From contig CAWAWS010000022.1 of NCBI GenBank assembly GCA_963785725.1, positions 192,001 to 256,000 on the forward strand: a DNA stretch of 64,000 bases, written 5' to 3'. Position 1 is the stretch's first letter, and each line of letters opens with the position of its first letter. Positions 32,010 through 43,127 of the stretch are shown here, piece by piece. Source of the DNA: an uncultured delta proteobacterium. Its GTDB lineage: Bacteria; Myxococcota_A; Polyangia; Palsa-1104. Position numbers and translations under genes: made by a program. The notes below the pieces were generated by a model. The model was not told the origin of the DNA. It worked only from the letters and a program-made list of their open reading frames with translations, and searched no databases.

Positions 32010-35000
32010 AGCGGCTGACGCGCGTGCTCGGCTGGACGGCGCTGGCGCTGATCGCGACGGCGCTCATCGGCCGTGCTGGCGATCGCGCTGTGGGCGCGCT
32101 CACCGTCGGGACGGCGCGCGATCTTGGCGCGCGTCTTGTCGGCGGCGCGCGATCGGCTCGACGGCAACCTGCGCATCGGCGCGCTCGACGGCAACCTCAT
32201 TCACACGCTGGTGCTGCGCGACGTCGAGCTGCGCGACGCGGAGGGTCAGCCGGCGCTGCGTATCGCGCGGCTGTCGGTGTCGTACGAGCTGAGCGGGCTA
32301 TTGCGTCACGCGCTCGTCATCGAGGAGCTGAACGTCGACGGCGCGGTCGTGCACGGACGCTCCCTCGGCGACCGGCGCTTCAATCTGGCGGCGCTGATCA
32401 AGCCGTCGCCGGCACGACCGTCGCGCGTCGAGACGCCCTACGCGATCGCCATTCGCCGGCTGCGCGCCGACATCGCGCTCGTCTACGATCCGCCGGGCGG
32501 CAAGGCGTGGATGCGCACCATCGCCGGGACGGTGCGGCTCGACGCCAGCGCCAGCAGCCGCGGCGATCGGCGCACGCTCGTGGTGACGGCGCTGGCGGTG
32601 CGCATGACGCTGCCGGTGATCGTCGCGGCCGACGTCAGCGGCGCGTTCGCCGACGGGCCGGAAGGAGCGACGCTCGGGTCGCTGCATGTAACGGCCGACA
32701 CCATCGGCGACGAGATGGAGAAGCTGGCGGCGGTGGTAACGGCGCGCGGCGCCTGGCATGCCGACGTGCGCGCAAAGGGTGCGTTGGGCGCGATGGCGGT
32801 CGACGTCGCGGTCACGCCACCGACGGGATCGATCGCGGCGCACGGCACCGTCGGCGTCACCGGGCGCGGGGCGACGTGGCGCGGCGCAGCGACGGTGCGC
32901 GGCCTCGATCCGGCGACGCTCTGGCGCGGCTTGCCGCACGGGCTCATCGCGTTCGACGGCGACGGCGACGGCGAGAACGCGCGCGTGCGCACGACGCTGA
33001 CGCACTTTCACGCCGACCTCGCCGGTGCGCAGGTGACTGCGACGGGTCAGCTCACGTATCAGCATGGGCTGGCGCTGACCATCGCCGCCGACGCGCGCAC
33101 GCGCGATCTCTCGCGTCTGCGTGCGCTCGGCGTGGCGGGCTTGACGGGCGTGGCGCAGGTGCACGGCACGGTCGCGCGCGCCGCCGGCCGCTGGCAGCTC
33201 GACGCCGACGTCGACGCGCGTCGCCTCGCCGCCGCGACGACACGGCTGGCCCGGCTCGCGGTGGCGCTCCATGCCACCCTAGCGCAAGGCGATCTGCAAG
33301 GCTCGGCGCGGGCGCAGGCGAGCGCCCTCGACGTCGGCCCGCGGCTGCGCTTCGACGGCGCGACGGCAGCGCTCGAGTGGGCGCCACGCGCGGTGACGCT
33401 GTCGGTCGCGGCCCGCGGTCCGCGCGGCGCCGACGTGGAGATCGCGGCGCACGGCAGGCGACTGCGCGACGAAGGCGCGTTCGCCGTCGACCTCGCGCTC
33501 GATCGGGTGCGCATCGCCGTCGCCGGCGCCGCGTGGGAGACGCGCCGCGCCGGCCACGTTCGCTACGGCGGGCGCGCTCTCGCGGCGCGCCTGCAGCTCG
33601 GCGACGGCGAGCAGCGGCTCGAGCTCGACGGCGCCTACGCGATGAACGGCGAAACGCGCGTGCGGCTCGGCGGCCACAACCTCGACGTGCCGGCGCTGGC
33701 GCGGCTGGCGCAGCTCGATCGCGCGCTGCCGCCGGGCAGGCTCGATCTCGACGCGACGATGCGCGGCACGACGGCTGAGCCCATCTTCGATGTCGCGCTG
33801 ACGGGATCGATCGCAGCCGATCGTGCGCTCGCCGTCGGGCGCGCGACCTACGACGTCAAAGGCCACTACGCGAACGACAACGTGGCCGGCGCGCTCAGCG
33901 TCTCAGCGTTGCCGATGGCGCGGCTGGCGCCGTTCTTGCCGCCGTCGCTGCGCACGCTGAGCGGCAGCCTCGACGGCAAGGTGACGATCGCCGGCACGCG
34001 CCGGGCCCCCGACGTGACGGTCGCCGTCACATCGACGCATTGGCAATGGAACACGCTGAACGCGAACGGGACGCGGCTCGACGCGCGCTACGCCGGTCAT
34101 CGCCTGGAGGCCAAGTTGTCGAGCGCGTTCGCCGACGCGACGGGCCCGGCCGGCGCCGTCGAGGTCGAGCTGCTCGCGCCCATCGATCTCACGCTCACGC
34201 GCGACGTCGGCCGGCTGGTCGAGCGGCTGGTGCACACCACGCCCATCACCGTCGCCGTTCACCTGCACGCGCTCGACCTGCAGCGGCTGCCGCTCGACGA
34301 GCTCGGCCTGCGGCGGCTGGTCACGACCGGGATCGTCGACGGCGAGTTGACGCTCGCGGGCACGCTGCACGAGCCGACGCTGACGGCGACCGTGCAGGCG
34401 CGCCGGCTCACCGTCGACGGCATCGCGGCCATCGATCTGACGCTGCACACCGACTATCGGCGCGCGCACCTCGGCCTCGGGCTGACCGTCGACCTGCAAG
34501 GCGCGCGACTCGTGACCGCCGACGCCGAGACGCCGCTCGATTTCCACCAGCTCATCGACGGTGGCCGCTGGCAGGATGCGGCGCTGCGTGCCGATGCGAC
34601 CATCGCGCGCTTCGATCTCTCGCGTTGGCAGCCGTTGCACGGCGCGCTCACGTTGCACGCGCATGTCGGCGGCACGCTGGCCAAGCCCGCAGGCGACCTC
34701 GACTTCGACGTCGCCGAGCTCGGCATCAGCGAGCTGCGCTTCGTTCGCTTCGCCGGCGTGGGCCATCACGACGCGCAACAGACGCGCATCAGCCTCGACG
34801 CCGTGCAGAAGGACGGCGGCACGCTGCACGCGAGCGGCGCGCTCGACGCGGGCTCGCGCGTCGCGGCGCGGCTGCAGGTAGCGCGGCTGTCGCTGTCGCT
34901 GGGCAAGGATGGGCTCGGTCCCTTGCGCGAGCTGCGCGGCGTGGTCGCGGCCGATGTGACGGTGAGCGGCACCTTGGCGCAGCCGCGCGCGTCGGGCTCG

Positions 35001-36176
35001 CTCACCATCGACGGCGGCGCGTTGGCGTTGCGCGCGCAGCCGCTCGTCTATCGCGATCTGACGCTGGCGCTGACGGCGACCGGCGATCGGCTCGAGCTGC
35101 GCCGGCTCGCCGTCAAAGTGGGCAACGGCAGCCTCGACGCCAGAGGCGGCGCGCGGCTCGACGGCTTGACCGCGCCGCTCGGCGTCGACGTGACCGCGAC
35201 GGCGGCGCGCCTTCCCGTGCGGCTCGGCAGCATCGCGGCCTTCGTCGACGGGCGAGTGACGCTGCACGGCCGGCGCGATCACGGCGTCTTGGCGCTGACG
35301 GCGACGGTGAACGACGGCCTGGCGCAGCTGCCCCGCATCGTCGACGGCAAGCGCACGCAGTCGCTGGCGCCGATGCCCGACGTCGTCTTCAGCGATCGCG
35401 CCGAGCGGCGCCGTGTCGAAGCGGCGCGCCGACCGCGCACCGGCCCGCCCCTGCGCGCGTCGCTCGCGGCGCACATACCGGGCCCCTTTCGCCTGCGCTC
35501 GAGCGAGCTCGGCACCGATCTCGAGGGCGATCTCGACGTGGCGGTCGTGGGCCAGGACGTGCGCGTCAGCGGCGCCATCGCCTCGAGCTGGGGACGCATC
35601 GATCTGCTCGGCCGACGCTACGAGATCGAGCGCGTGCGCCTGCGCTTCGACGGCGCGCCCAAGACCGATCCCGCGCTCGACATCGTCATCAAGCGCGCCG
35701 TCGGCGACGCCATGGTGATCATCCGCCTGCGCGGCACGCTCGACCACCCCGAGCTCGAGCTCTCGTCCGAGCCGCCCGTCTACAACCGGTCGCAGATCAT
35801 CGGCATCATCGTCTCGGGCGATCCCGGCTCGACGCGCATCTCTTCCGCCAGCGATCAGACCATCGTCGGCGCCATCTCCGGCGTGCTCGTCAACCAGCTC
35901 CGCAGTCAGATCGCGCCCGGCCTGCCCATCGACGTCATCCGCATCGACAGCGACAGCGCGCTCGCCGGCACGTCGCGGCTCGAGGTCGGCAAGTACCTCA
36001 CGCAGAGCATCTACCTCAGCTACCTGCACCAGTTCGGCACGCCGAGCGGGCTCCATCCCGTCAACGCCAACGAAGCGCAGCTGCAGTATCGCTTCCTGCG
36101 CCATTACCAGGTCGAGACCAAGTTCGGCGACGCGGGCGTCGGTGCGGTCAACTTCTACTGGTCGCGGCGCTACTGA
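32006..36176 (+). CDS. tamB: Translocation/assembly module TamB-like protein; apparent +1 frameshift near 32070
   Basis: TTG start overlaps the Omp85 stop; beta-rich body; C-terminal DUF490-like region (LEVGKYLTQSIYL...YWSRRY); extra base in atcggccgtg. Confidence 0.85.
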
Positions 36177-36199
36177 GGCGTACCGTGTTTGCGCCGCGG

Positions 36200-36395
36200 C
36201 GCGCGCGACTGCCGCGCTTCTGGCTCCTGGCCGCGTGTGTCTTCGCGTTGCTCTTGTCGGCCCGAGCCCGCCGCGGCTCGCACATTGCGTCGGCCGCTCG
36301 CTTCGCGGACCAGCACACGGGCGAGCCGACGCTGGTGCGCGAGCTGTGGAACGAAGTCCCTGAGAAGTCGCTGCTCATTTTCGAGCGGAATTTCC
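36200..36395 (+). pseudogene. IS4 transposase fragment
   Basis: RGSHIASAARFADQHTGEPTLVRELWNEVPEKSLLIFER aligns with [39 protein letters not shown] of the IS at 16 kb. Confidence 0.7.
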
Positions 36396-36545
36396 GGATG
36401 AAACGAGTGCTCCTCTTGCGGATTCGGCAGCCGGACCTACAACATATTCTCCCCGGAAGTGCCTCGACCTGCGTCACCGTCGGTGACGTAGCTACTTCGT
36501 CCGCAGCTTTCCCAAGAAGCGACAGTCAACGGAAAGCGTGCTGCG

Positions 36546-37127
36546 ATGGCGTATCGTATCCTTTTAACGGTGTTCGTTTTGGTGTGCGCGACGAGTCATG
36601 CATCGGCGCACAGGCATCATCGCGCCGTTGCCGCGATCCAGCTCCGGGATCGCACCACGCCGTCGAGCAACGATGGCGCGAAGATCGATGCGGCCACCGG
36701 CACCGCGTTCGCGGTCGCGCCGCCTTCGAAGGTTGCGCCGACGTTTGTGGAGGCCCATTCGGCCCGCGTCGAAAACGACCTCATGTTGTTCAAGCCGACG
36801 CTCGTCGGCATCGCGCCGCTCGGACGCTCGCGCAACGCAGAGCTCGTGACCCAGGCGCCGAAGAGGGAGTCATTCCGATTCGTAGCTCCGGCCGAGGCTG
36901 CCGACGCGCTCGAAGTGCGGCGCGATCGCGATCGGTTGCTCTTGTTTCGTGGACCGCAGGCTCAAGGCGGGTCAGTCGCAGTCGGACTCGCGATGTTCAT
37001 CGCGACGACGATTTCGTCCGCGCATGCGCCGCGGCCGTTGCGCGTCGTCTTCGATGGGCCCGTTCATCTCGGTCCCGCCATCTTCGACGGCGGCGGGATG
37101 GGAGCCGGCATCGCTGGACGCTTGTAA
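36546..37127 (+). CDS. Hypothetical secreted protein
   Basis: Signal-peptide-like N-terminus; C-terminal HLGPAIFDGGGMGAGIAGRL. Confidence 0.55.
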   Translation: MAYRILLTVFVLVCATSHASAHRHHRAVAAIQLRDRTTPSSNDGAKIDAATGTAFAVAPPSKVAPTFVEAHSARVENDLMLFKPTLVGIAPLGRSRNAELVTQAPKRESFRFVAPAEAADALEVRRDRDRLLLFRGPQAQGGSVAVGLAMFIATTISSAHAPRPLRVVFDGPVHLGPAIFDGGGMGAGIAGRL

Positions 37128-37363
37128 TTTTTCGATCCACCGGTTCGGCACGACGCCGAACACGGCGCACTCTGCAGCCACGCTTCGGCACCGCCCTTGT
37201 GTTTGCCGACTACAAGGAATTCAAAGGAACCGTCTTCTTCGGCACCTATCTCGAGTCGACGCGCATCGCGCGCGTGCCGACCTCAGCGCTGCCGATCGGG
37301 CGGCCTGAGACTTGCTTCGGGATGGGCGGCTACGTTCTCGAACTCAAACTGGAGGATCTCTCG

Positions 37364-37996
37364 ATGCGTCTTTGGTCTATCGCTCTTTTATGTACTCTCG
37401 CGGCCTGTGCCACCGGGCCGAATCCGAAGATGGTCGCCGTCGAGTCGACGACGACCGGACATTGCGCGGCCGACGCTGACTGCGGCCAATCGCAGCTCTG
37501 CGTCGACAGCAGCTGCCACGACGTTTTGCCGGTGAGCGCCTGCGCGGAGATGCCGGTGCACTTTACGACAAACTCCTCGGCCATCGACTCGCAAAATCGC
37601 GGCGAGCTGAACAGCCTCGCCGTCTGCTTGCGCGCCAACCGCGACGTCCGCGTCACCGTCGCGGGAAATGCCGACGAGCGCGGAGCTCCGGCGCACAACG
37701 AGGTGCTTGCGAACGAGCGAGCCAAGGTGGTAAGCGACTATCTGCAGGCGGCGGGCGTGCCGTCGAAGCAGGTCGCGACCGTCGCGTTCGGCACGAGAGA
37801 CCCGAAGTGCGAGGCGCACGACGCCAGTTGCTGGAAGCAGAATCGGCGCTCCGACATCACCGCCTCCGACACTGCATCGACCACGCTCGACGATTCGGCG
37901 CGCAGCAAGACGACGACCGGCGACATCGCCAAGGGGAATCGGCGCGTCGACGGAACGGGCAACGGATCGGACAACGGCACGTCGGTAGGCAAGTAG
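37364..37996 (+). CDS. OmpA/Pal-family lipoprotein with Cys-rich N-terminal module
   Basis: GGAGG RBS, lipobox LAAC, HF...SS, GNADERG...N..LA.ERA, NRR. Confidence 0.88.
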   Translation: MRLWSIALLCTLAACATGPNPKMVAVESTTTGHCAADADCGQSQLCVDSSCHDVLPVSACAEMPVHFTTNSSAIDSQNRGELNSLAVCLRANRDVRVTVAGNADERGAPAHNEVLANERAKVVSDYLQAAGVPSKQVATVAFGTRDPKCEAHDASCWKQNRRSDITASDTASTTLDDSARSKTTTGDIAKGNRRVDGTGNGSDNGTSVGK

Positions 37997-38357
37997 ACCG
38001 GCGCCTTCAGAAACGGCCACACGCCGGCGATTCTCGTCGGTTGTGCTGGCCTCGCTGCTCTCTTCGTGGGCGCCCGACGGTCACGGGCATTTCGCCACAG
38101 CGGCCCGTTATGCCCCACTTTCAGCCGCTAACAGCTCCACGGGATCTCGCGCTGGGCGTTCGAGGTCAGGTGGCCCACGCCCTCCGCCATGTGTCCGCGG
38201 ACTTCGCGATTCGAGAAGTACGATCCGACTGCAACGCCCTGTGCACGCCCGCTCCCGCCGGCGTGCCGAGGCCAGTCGGCTGGTCTTCCCGACGCAAAGT
38301 CACGGCATGGAAGATCGCCGATGGCGCGGCCGGCGTCACCGTCGGAAGCTACACGCG

Positions 38358-39533
38358 CTACGTCGCAGGTTTCGTGGATTCGACCATACCCGTGGCGACC
38401 GCATCCATGAGCGCCTCGAAGCTCGCATCATTGAACCGCGAGCTGCTGGTGAGCCAATCGTGGTGACGTAGCTCGAGACGCGCCTCGGGCGTCTCGTCGT
38501 GATAGTGACCGAGCACGTCGAGGTGATCGCCGAGCCCGGCCCAGACGACAGTGCCCCAAAGCTGTGAGCGGATGGGGACACAGCCGTCGTTGGCATGGAG
38601 GTCGGGTGATTCTCCGAGCGCCTGGCTCAGCATCACCTCGGTTGGCGAGATGTCGGCGGTAGCCGAGTCCGCCGGTCCAAGCGTCGCCAAAGCGCAGGGG
38701 TAGCGCGTATCGAGACGTGAGGTGATCCCGTGCAAAGTGGTAAACAGCGCCAGCGAGAGCGCGTGCCAGGGATGTCCGAGCGTTCGCATCCAGTTACGGC
38801 CAGTCGGCGTTGGCGCCATCGATACGGTCGACTGATACCGGACGTCGGCTCGGTCTTCGAATCCTGCGACCATCAGATCCATCGCCTCCGGGCTGAGCTG
38901 CAGCATCGCGCCCTGATCCTCCTTGATGGCCTTCAGATAGGCGCGCAGATCGGGACCGCGCGCATCGTCGACCAGCCCCACCAGCGATTCGACCGAGCGA
39001 TCGAGAACCGACAGCTTGAGCCCCAGCGCGCGATCGCCGCGACCGATGATGCCCGCCAGAACGCTCGCGACGGCCAGCGGACGCGCCCCGAGCGAGAGTC
39101 CGATGACCGTGAACGCGGACAATGCGTAGAGCACCTGCTGCCCTTTTGCTGTGGCGAAGAAGCTTGCCAGCGGTGTTCCGTAGTGAGGCGTGTTCATGGT
39201 CGTGACGCTGCGCAGTCGCGGGAGCCAGCCATTGGCGGTGGCCAGGTGCGCCGCAGGCGACGCCACCAGGCGCGCGTCGAGGCCGCCCGTGGAGTGTCCC
39301 AATAGATGAATCGGCCCATCTCCCGTCGAGGTGCGCTCGATCAACTGGGCCAGTTTCGCCGCTCGTCGTCGCACCGAAGCCGTGGGTAGCACCTCGGAGA
39401 CGTGGGTTTCCAGCACCAGGCCGCGCTTGTGGAACCGAGCCTGCAGCGCACGTTCGACGTGCGCAAAATAGTCGTAGGATGCCAGGCGCGTGAACCCGAA
39501 CATTCCCGGCGATAAATAGATGTGATGTACCAT
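38358..39533 (-). CDS. Alpha/beta-hydrolase (lipase/esterase)
   Basis: PGMFGF, GHSTGG nucleophile elbow, TPHYGT, NDG, DHLDVLGH. Confidence 0.9.
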   Translation of the reverse strand: MVHHIYLSPGMFGFTRLASYDYFAHVERALQARFHKRGLVLETHVSEVLPTASVRRRAAKLAQLIERTSTGDGPIHLLGHSTGGLDARLVASPAAHLATANGWLPRLRSVTTMNTPHYGTPLASFFATAKGQQVLYALSAFTVIGLSLGARPLAVASVLAGIIGRGDRALGLKLSVLDRSVESLVGLVDDARGPDLRAYLKAIKEDQGAMLQLSPEAMDLMVAGFEDRADVRYQSTVSMAPTPTGRNWMRTLGHPWHALSLALFTTLHGITSRLDTRYPCALATLGPADSATADISPTEVMLSQALGESPDLHANDGCVPIRSQLWGTVVWAGLGDHLDVLGHYHDETPEARLELRHHDWLTSSSRFNDASFEALMDAVATGMVESTKPAT

Positions 39534-39779
39534 TTGATAATGTCTCGCTATCGGTGAAGACGACCTTCGGGGTCACGCTCGCTGCGAACACCTTCTTCGT
39601 GATGTCTTGCATAGTGCCAGCCGTTGCAGTCGCCGTGGTAATGACGGAAGTGAGTGCGAGCTCTTGTCATTTGGGATTCCCTTTCGTGATCCTGGAACCG
39701 CCGCGTCGATGCATCAGTTGGCCGGCGACGCACAATCTGTGCCGGCCACTGCGGTGCCCTGCCCAAGCGTGATCGGCGC

Positions 39780-39975
39780 GGGGGCGGTCGATGCTTCGCG
39801 TGCCGAGGTCGAGCTCCGCGCAAGTCTTCGACAACCGGGCTCCGGCGCGCTGGGCTTGGTCGACCAAACCGCGAACATCTCGTTCCCTCGTCTATGCCGT
39901 CGTCCTCGTGCTCCCCAGAGAGCCTGCGCTTTCTTTCGCAGCACCAAGAGCGCTGCAGCCTCCGCACGGTTCATA
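39780..39975 (-). pseudogene. IS3-family orfA/orfB junction remnant
   Basis: AEAAALLVLRKKAQALWG (orfA end) then LVDQAQRAGARLSKTCAELDLGTRS (orfB start). Confidence 0.7.
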
Positions 39976-40129
39976 GTTTACGGGCGCGTCGCGAGCCCAA
40001 ACGGCGCCATCGCTAAAGCGGCCCCCGGCGCCGACCACTCTTCGGCGTCCCGATGGTGCCTCACGGCGTCTGCTCGGAGATGGTCAACGTGTATCGGACC
40101 CGGCTCTTTGGACACAAGGTTGAGCTACA

Positions 40130-40560
40130 CGGCGGCGCGGACCTCGAAGGTCGAGCCCGGCGTCTACTTGACGTACAGCTTTCACATTCGCCCGTGGAAC
40201 GAAGGGCTCGATGGCTGCGACGAGCTCTTGCGACGCGGCTTCGAGAACGCCGAACGCATCGGCGACCTGACCTTCGCGGTCTATATTTTGAACGGCGTCG
40301 ACAGCTTGACGCTGTTCAGAGGCGCGCCGCTCGATGAGACGAAGCGTGCGTGCGAGCGCGCGCTCGATTACGGGCGCAAAGTCCCTTACGACTTCGTCGG
40401 CGCGCTCGTGCAGGCCAAGCTGCAGCTGGTCCGCATGCTGCACGGCGATTTGCCGGGGCTCGGTTCACTAACGGGCAACGACTTCGACGAAGCGCAGTTT
40501 GCGCGCGATCACGGCTCGGTTCCCGTGATGACGTTGCCGATGTCCTGGTATGCGAAACAG
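40130..40560 (+). pseudogene. Internal fragment of a multidomain Ser/Thr kinase-ATPase-sensor (COG3899-like)
   Basis: RPW...LLRRGFENAERIGDLTFAVY...GAPLDE...MLHG...FDEAQF; no start or end. Confidence 0.55.
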
Positions 40561-40649
40561 CCTCGCCAAGGTGATCGACCTCGCCGGCATCCGCGCGGCG
40601 CTGGCCGCAGCATGAGGTGGTGGGGAAAGTGGTGGGATAGGCCGGAAAT

Positions 40650-40688
40650 GAAAAAGGCCGGTCAGAGGAGGCTCCTCTAATCCGGCCT
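40650..40688 (-). terminator. Rho-independent terminator downstream of tRNA fragment
   Basis: aggccgg..agagga/tcctct..ccggcct stem with a T run on the minus strand. Confidence 0.65.
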
Positions 40689-40711
40689 GGTTTCAGCTAC
40701 TTACTCTGTGG

Positions 40712-40750
40712 GGCGTGCAGGATTCGGACCTGCGACTTCCACCGTGTGAG
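40712..40750 (-). repeat. att-like core: 3' half of tRNA-Val(CAC), copy 2
   Basis: 39 bp identical to 23834-23872; no 5' half (D arm) adjacent. Confidence 0.8.
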
Positions 40751-40859
40751 GCGCTTTAGGCGAACGGCAGATCAAGCACTAACAACCTGCTCACCGACGA
40801 GAAACGTCAGGTGAGCCGTTGCGGAGCGTTTCCAGCCAGTCCAGCTCGTTTCGCTCCAA

Positions 40860-40969
40860 GTGGGTCGAAAAGTGGGTCGGCTCCGACCCACCTCCGACCC
40901 ACCCAGTGGCAGTCAAAGTTCCCGCCCAGAAAGTCGAAAGTGGGTCGAGATTTTCGCTCGGCGACCCAC
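40860..40969. repeat. Six GTGGGTCG octamers in both orientations
   Basis: Forward at 40860, 40872, 40940; reverse at 40884, 40895, 40962. Confidence 0.8.
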
Positions 40970-40994
40970 TCAGGTGGCACTCATCGAAACGCAG

Positions 40995-41171
40995 TCATCG
41001 GTCCTTCTTGATGCCCGCCTTCTCCAGCAGCTCGGCGACGATGCTGCTCATCTCGCGGTCGTTCTGCGCCGCGTACACCTTCAACGCACGCCACTGCGAC
41101 GTGTGCAGGTGCAGCGTGACCTTCTTCATCGGGTCGGTCTTGTCTTTCGGAGTCCTGCCGGTTCGAGGCAC
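40995..41171 (-). CDS. Ribbon-helix-helix (CopG-like) DNA-binding protein
   Basis: (M)PRTGRTPK...KKVTLHL...LKVYAAQNDREMSSIVAELL. Confidence 0.7.
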   Translation of the reverse strand: MPRTGRTPKDKTDPMKKVTLHLHTSQWRALKVYAAQNDREMSSIVAELLEKAGIKKDR

Positions 41172-41410
41172 ATAGAGAAGGTACGCCGCCGGACCGCGGC
41201 ACGTCAAAAACGCTGCCTGTTTCGACATAACGACGTATTGACTTATAGGCTTCCGTAAGTCAGAAATTGATCTAGATTTCAGAGGATGAAAAGCGGCCCG
41301 CCGGCGTGCGGCAAACACGACGACGGGCCTAACCCCCACGATGGAGTGAGCACCATGGGAGCTGCCCGAAAGGTACACGAATCATCTGCCCGGTTCACGT
41401 CGCTGCACGT

Positions 41411-41719
41411 ATGCCGAGGATCCCGATGACGCGCCCGTCTGCCGAGACGCTCCGACGCGTCGATGCGCTGGTCGCGGCGCTTGACCGTGACACGAGCGGC
41501 GCCTCATTCGGGCCGCCCGCCACGTCGAGTTACGCGGTCATCGTCGTCGCGTGGCTCGCGTTCAAGAAGCTCGTCGACGGCATTGACGTAGCGATCGGTC
41601 GCCCGTTTGATGAGGGAGCAGCAGACATCTTCCTCGCTGCCGATGCGCTGGTGGCCAACGAGGCCCATAGACTTGCGTTCTGGCTGCAGCACGTCGGCGA
41701 AGCCCTCAACCGCGCGTAG
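41411..41719 (+). CDS. Hypothetical protein
   Basis: 102-aa ORF only; no recognised motif. Confidence 0.3.
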   Translation: MPRIPMTRPSAETLRRVDALVAALDRDTSGASFGPPATSSYAVIVVAWLAFKKLVDGIDVAIGRPFDEGAADIFLAADALVANEAHRLAFWLQHVGEALNRA

Positions 41720-41774
41720 TCGCCTCCACAGCTCGTGCCGCATCACGAGAGCCGCCGATGCCGTTGCCATCCCC

Positions 41775-41803
41775 TTGACAGGATATCCTTTTAAACGTAT
41801 ATT
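41775..41803 (+). promoter_or_regulatory. Sigma-70 promoter of the TA operon with palindromic operator
   Basis: TTGACA-17 bp-TATATT; palindrome aggatatcct at 41780-41789. Confidence 0.85.
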
Positions 41804-41816
41804 GTAGAGCCTGAAC

Positions 41817-42182
41817 ATGGTCGACGTAGTCACCACCGACGAATTCGCAAGTTGGTTCGGTGCGCTCGATGAGGTGCACGTGAATCCGGTCATCGTCGCG
41901 GTGTCGAAGTTAGAGCAAGCAGGTGTCGCGCTCGGTCATCCGGCGTCGAGCGCCATCAATGGTGCCTCGTTCGCGCTGCGTGAGTTGCGGATCAAGTCGA
42001 GCGGCCACGCGCTTCGCGTTTTCTATGCGTTCGATCCGAAGCGGGATGCGGTGCTCATACTCGGTGGCGATAAGACGGGCAAGAACAGCGATGACTTCTA
42101 CACGGCGATGATCAATCAGTCGGAACGGCTCTGGAAGCAGTACCTCGCCGAGCAGAAGCGCGGCGAACACGACGAGGAGTAG
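41817..42182 (+). CDS. Type II toxin, RelE/ParE (Gp49-like) family
   Basis: EFASWF...G..LGHP...LRELR...LRVFYAFDPKRDAVLILGGDKTG. Confidence 0.92.
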   Translation: MVDVVTTDEFASWFGALDEVHVNPVIVAVSKLEQAGVALGHPASSAINGASFALRELRIKSSGHALRVFYAFDPKRDAVLILGGDKTGKNSDDFYTAMINQSERLWKQYLAEQKRGEHDEE

Positions 42183-42186
42183 AACC

Positions 42187-42495
42187 ATGAAGCTGCACAA
42201 ATGGGACGATGTTGCGCGCTCGCGTGTCGGAGCCGAGAAGCTGAGCGAGCTCAAGGCGCAAGCTCGCGCCGAGGTCGCGCTGGAAATGAATCTCCCCGAA
42301 TTGCGCAAGGCTCTTGGGAAGACTCAGCTCGAAGTCGCCGACGCTGCCGAGATGGTGCAGGCGAAAGTGAGTGAGTTCGAGCGCCGCGACGATCACGTGC
42401 TGAGCGTCCTCCGTCGGTACGTCGAAGCACTCGGCGGTGAGCTAGAGGTCAATGCAGTTTTCGATAACAAGCGTATCCGACTAAAGGGCGTCTGA
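42187..42495 (+). CDS. XRE/HTH antitoxin (toxin-first, HigA-like arrangement)
   Basis: LPELRKALGKTQLEVA...VSEFERRDD...LRRYVEALGGELEV. Confidence 0.92.
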   Translation: MKLHKWDDVARSRVGAEKLSELKAQARAEVALEMNLPELRKALGKTQLEVADAAEMVQAKVSEFERRDDHVLSVLRRYVEALGGELEVNAVFDNKRIRLKGV

Positions 42496-42739
42496 TCCAG
42501 AACTCGTGACGCGCAGGGCCGCGGCAGATTCGAGCCAAAGTCATCAAGCTCGGCTTCGCAACCAGCGTTGCTTATTTCGCTAATTTGCTCGCCAGCAGCA
42601 AGGCGTCGCGCGACCATCAAGTAGATGGCGACGCCGGCGAGTAGACCACGGACTGTTCGAATGCACTTCGCGCGCAGGAATGCTCGGACCTCGTCGATAC
42701 CGCGGCGGACGGTGTGGTCGGCTACCAGTGCTGTCCACG

Positions 42740-43050
42740 ATGGCGACGGCGCTGTTGGCTGATCTCGTCGACTGCGATCAGAAGGGCATTCTCTCGGGGC
42801 GGATGTTCTTCTACTGCAAGCCCAAGCTACTTATCATCGACGAGCCGCTTGAGCGCCAAGCGGCGCACTTATTCTTTCAGCTCATCAGCCGTCGCTACGA
42901 GAAGGGCTCGATGCTGATCACGACAAACCAGAGCGTAACGCAGTGGGGCACCGTCTTCGGCGACGACGTCATCGCCGCCGCGATCCTCGACCGCCTGCTC
43001 GACCACAGCCACACTTTCATGGTTCAAGGAGAGAGCTACAGACCTTCGGC
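42740..43050 (+). pseudogene. istB: IS21 helper ATPase fragment
   Basis: LLIIDE...LFFQLISRRYEKGSMLITTN...AAAILDRLLDH...GESYR. Confidence 0.85.
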
Positions 43051-43127
43051 AAAAGCGCAAGGCTGGGTTACGCCTCCATGCAACGCCGCAAGTGGAAACG
43101 TAGCCATGCCCAGCAGCATGTCGCAGC

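Noticed and set aside
34040..37996. 1318-aa ORF
   Set aside because: Off-frame run through tamB joined to an IS4 stub and the real OmpA gene starting at 37364.
39607..40680. 357-aa ORF as a real gene
   Set aside because: Chimera of antisense IS3 remnant and a kinase fragment.
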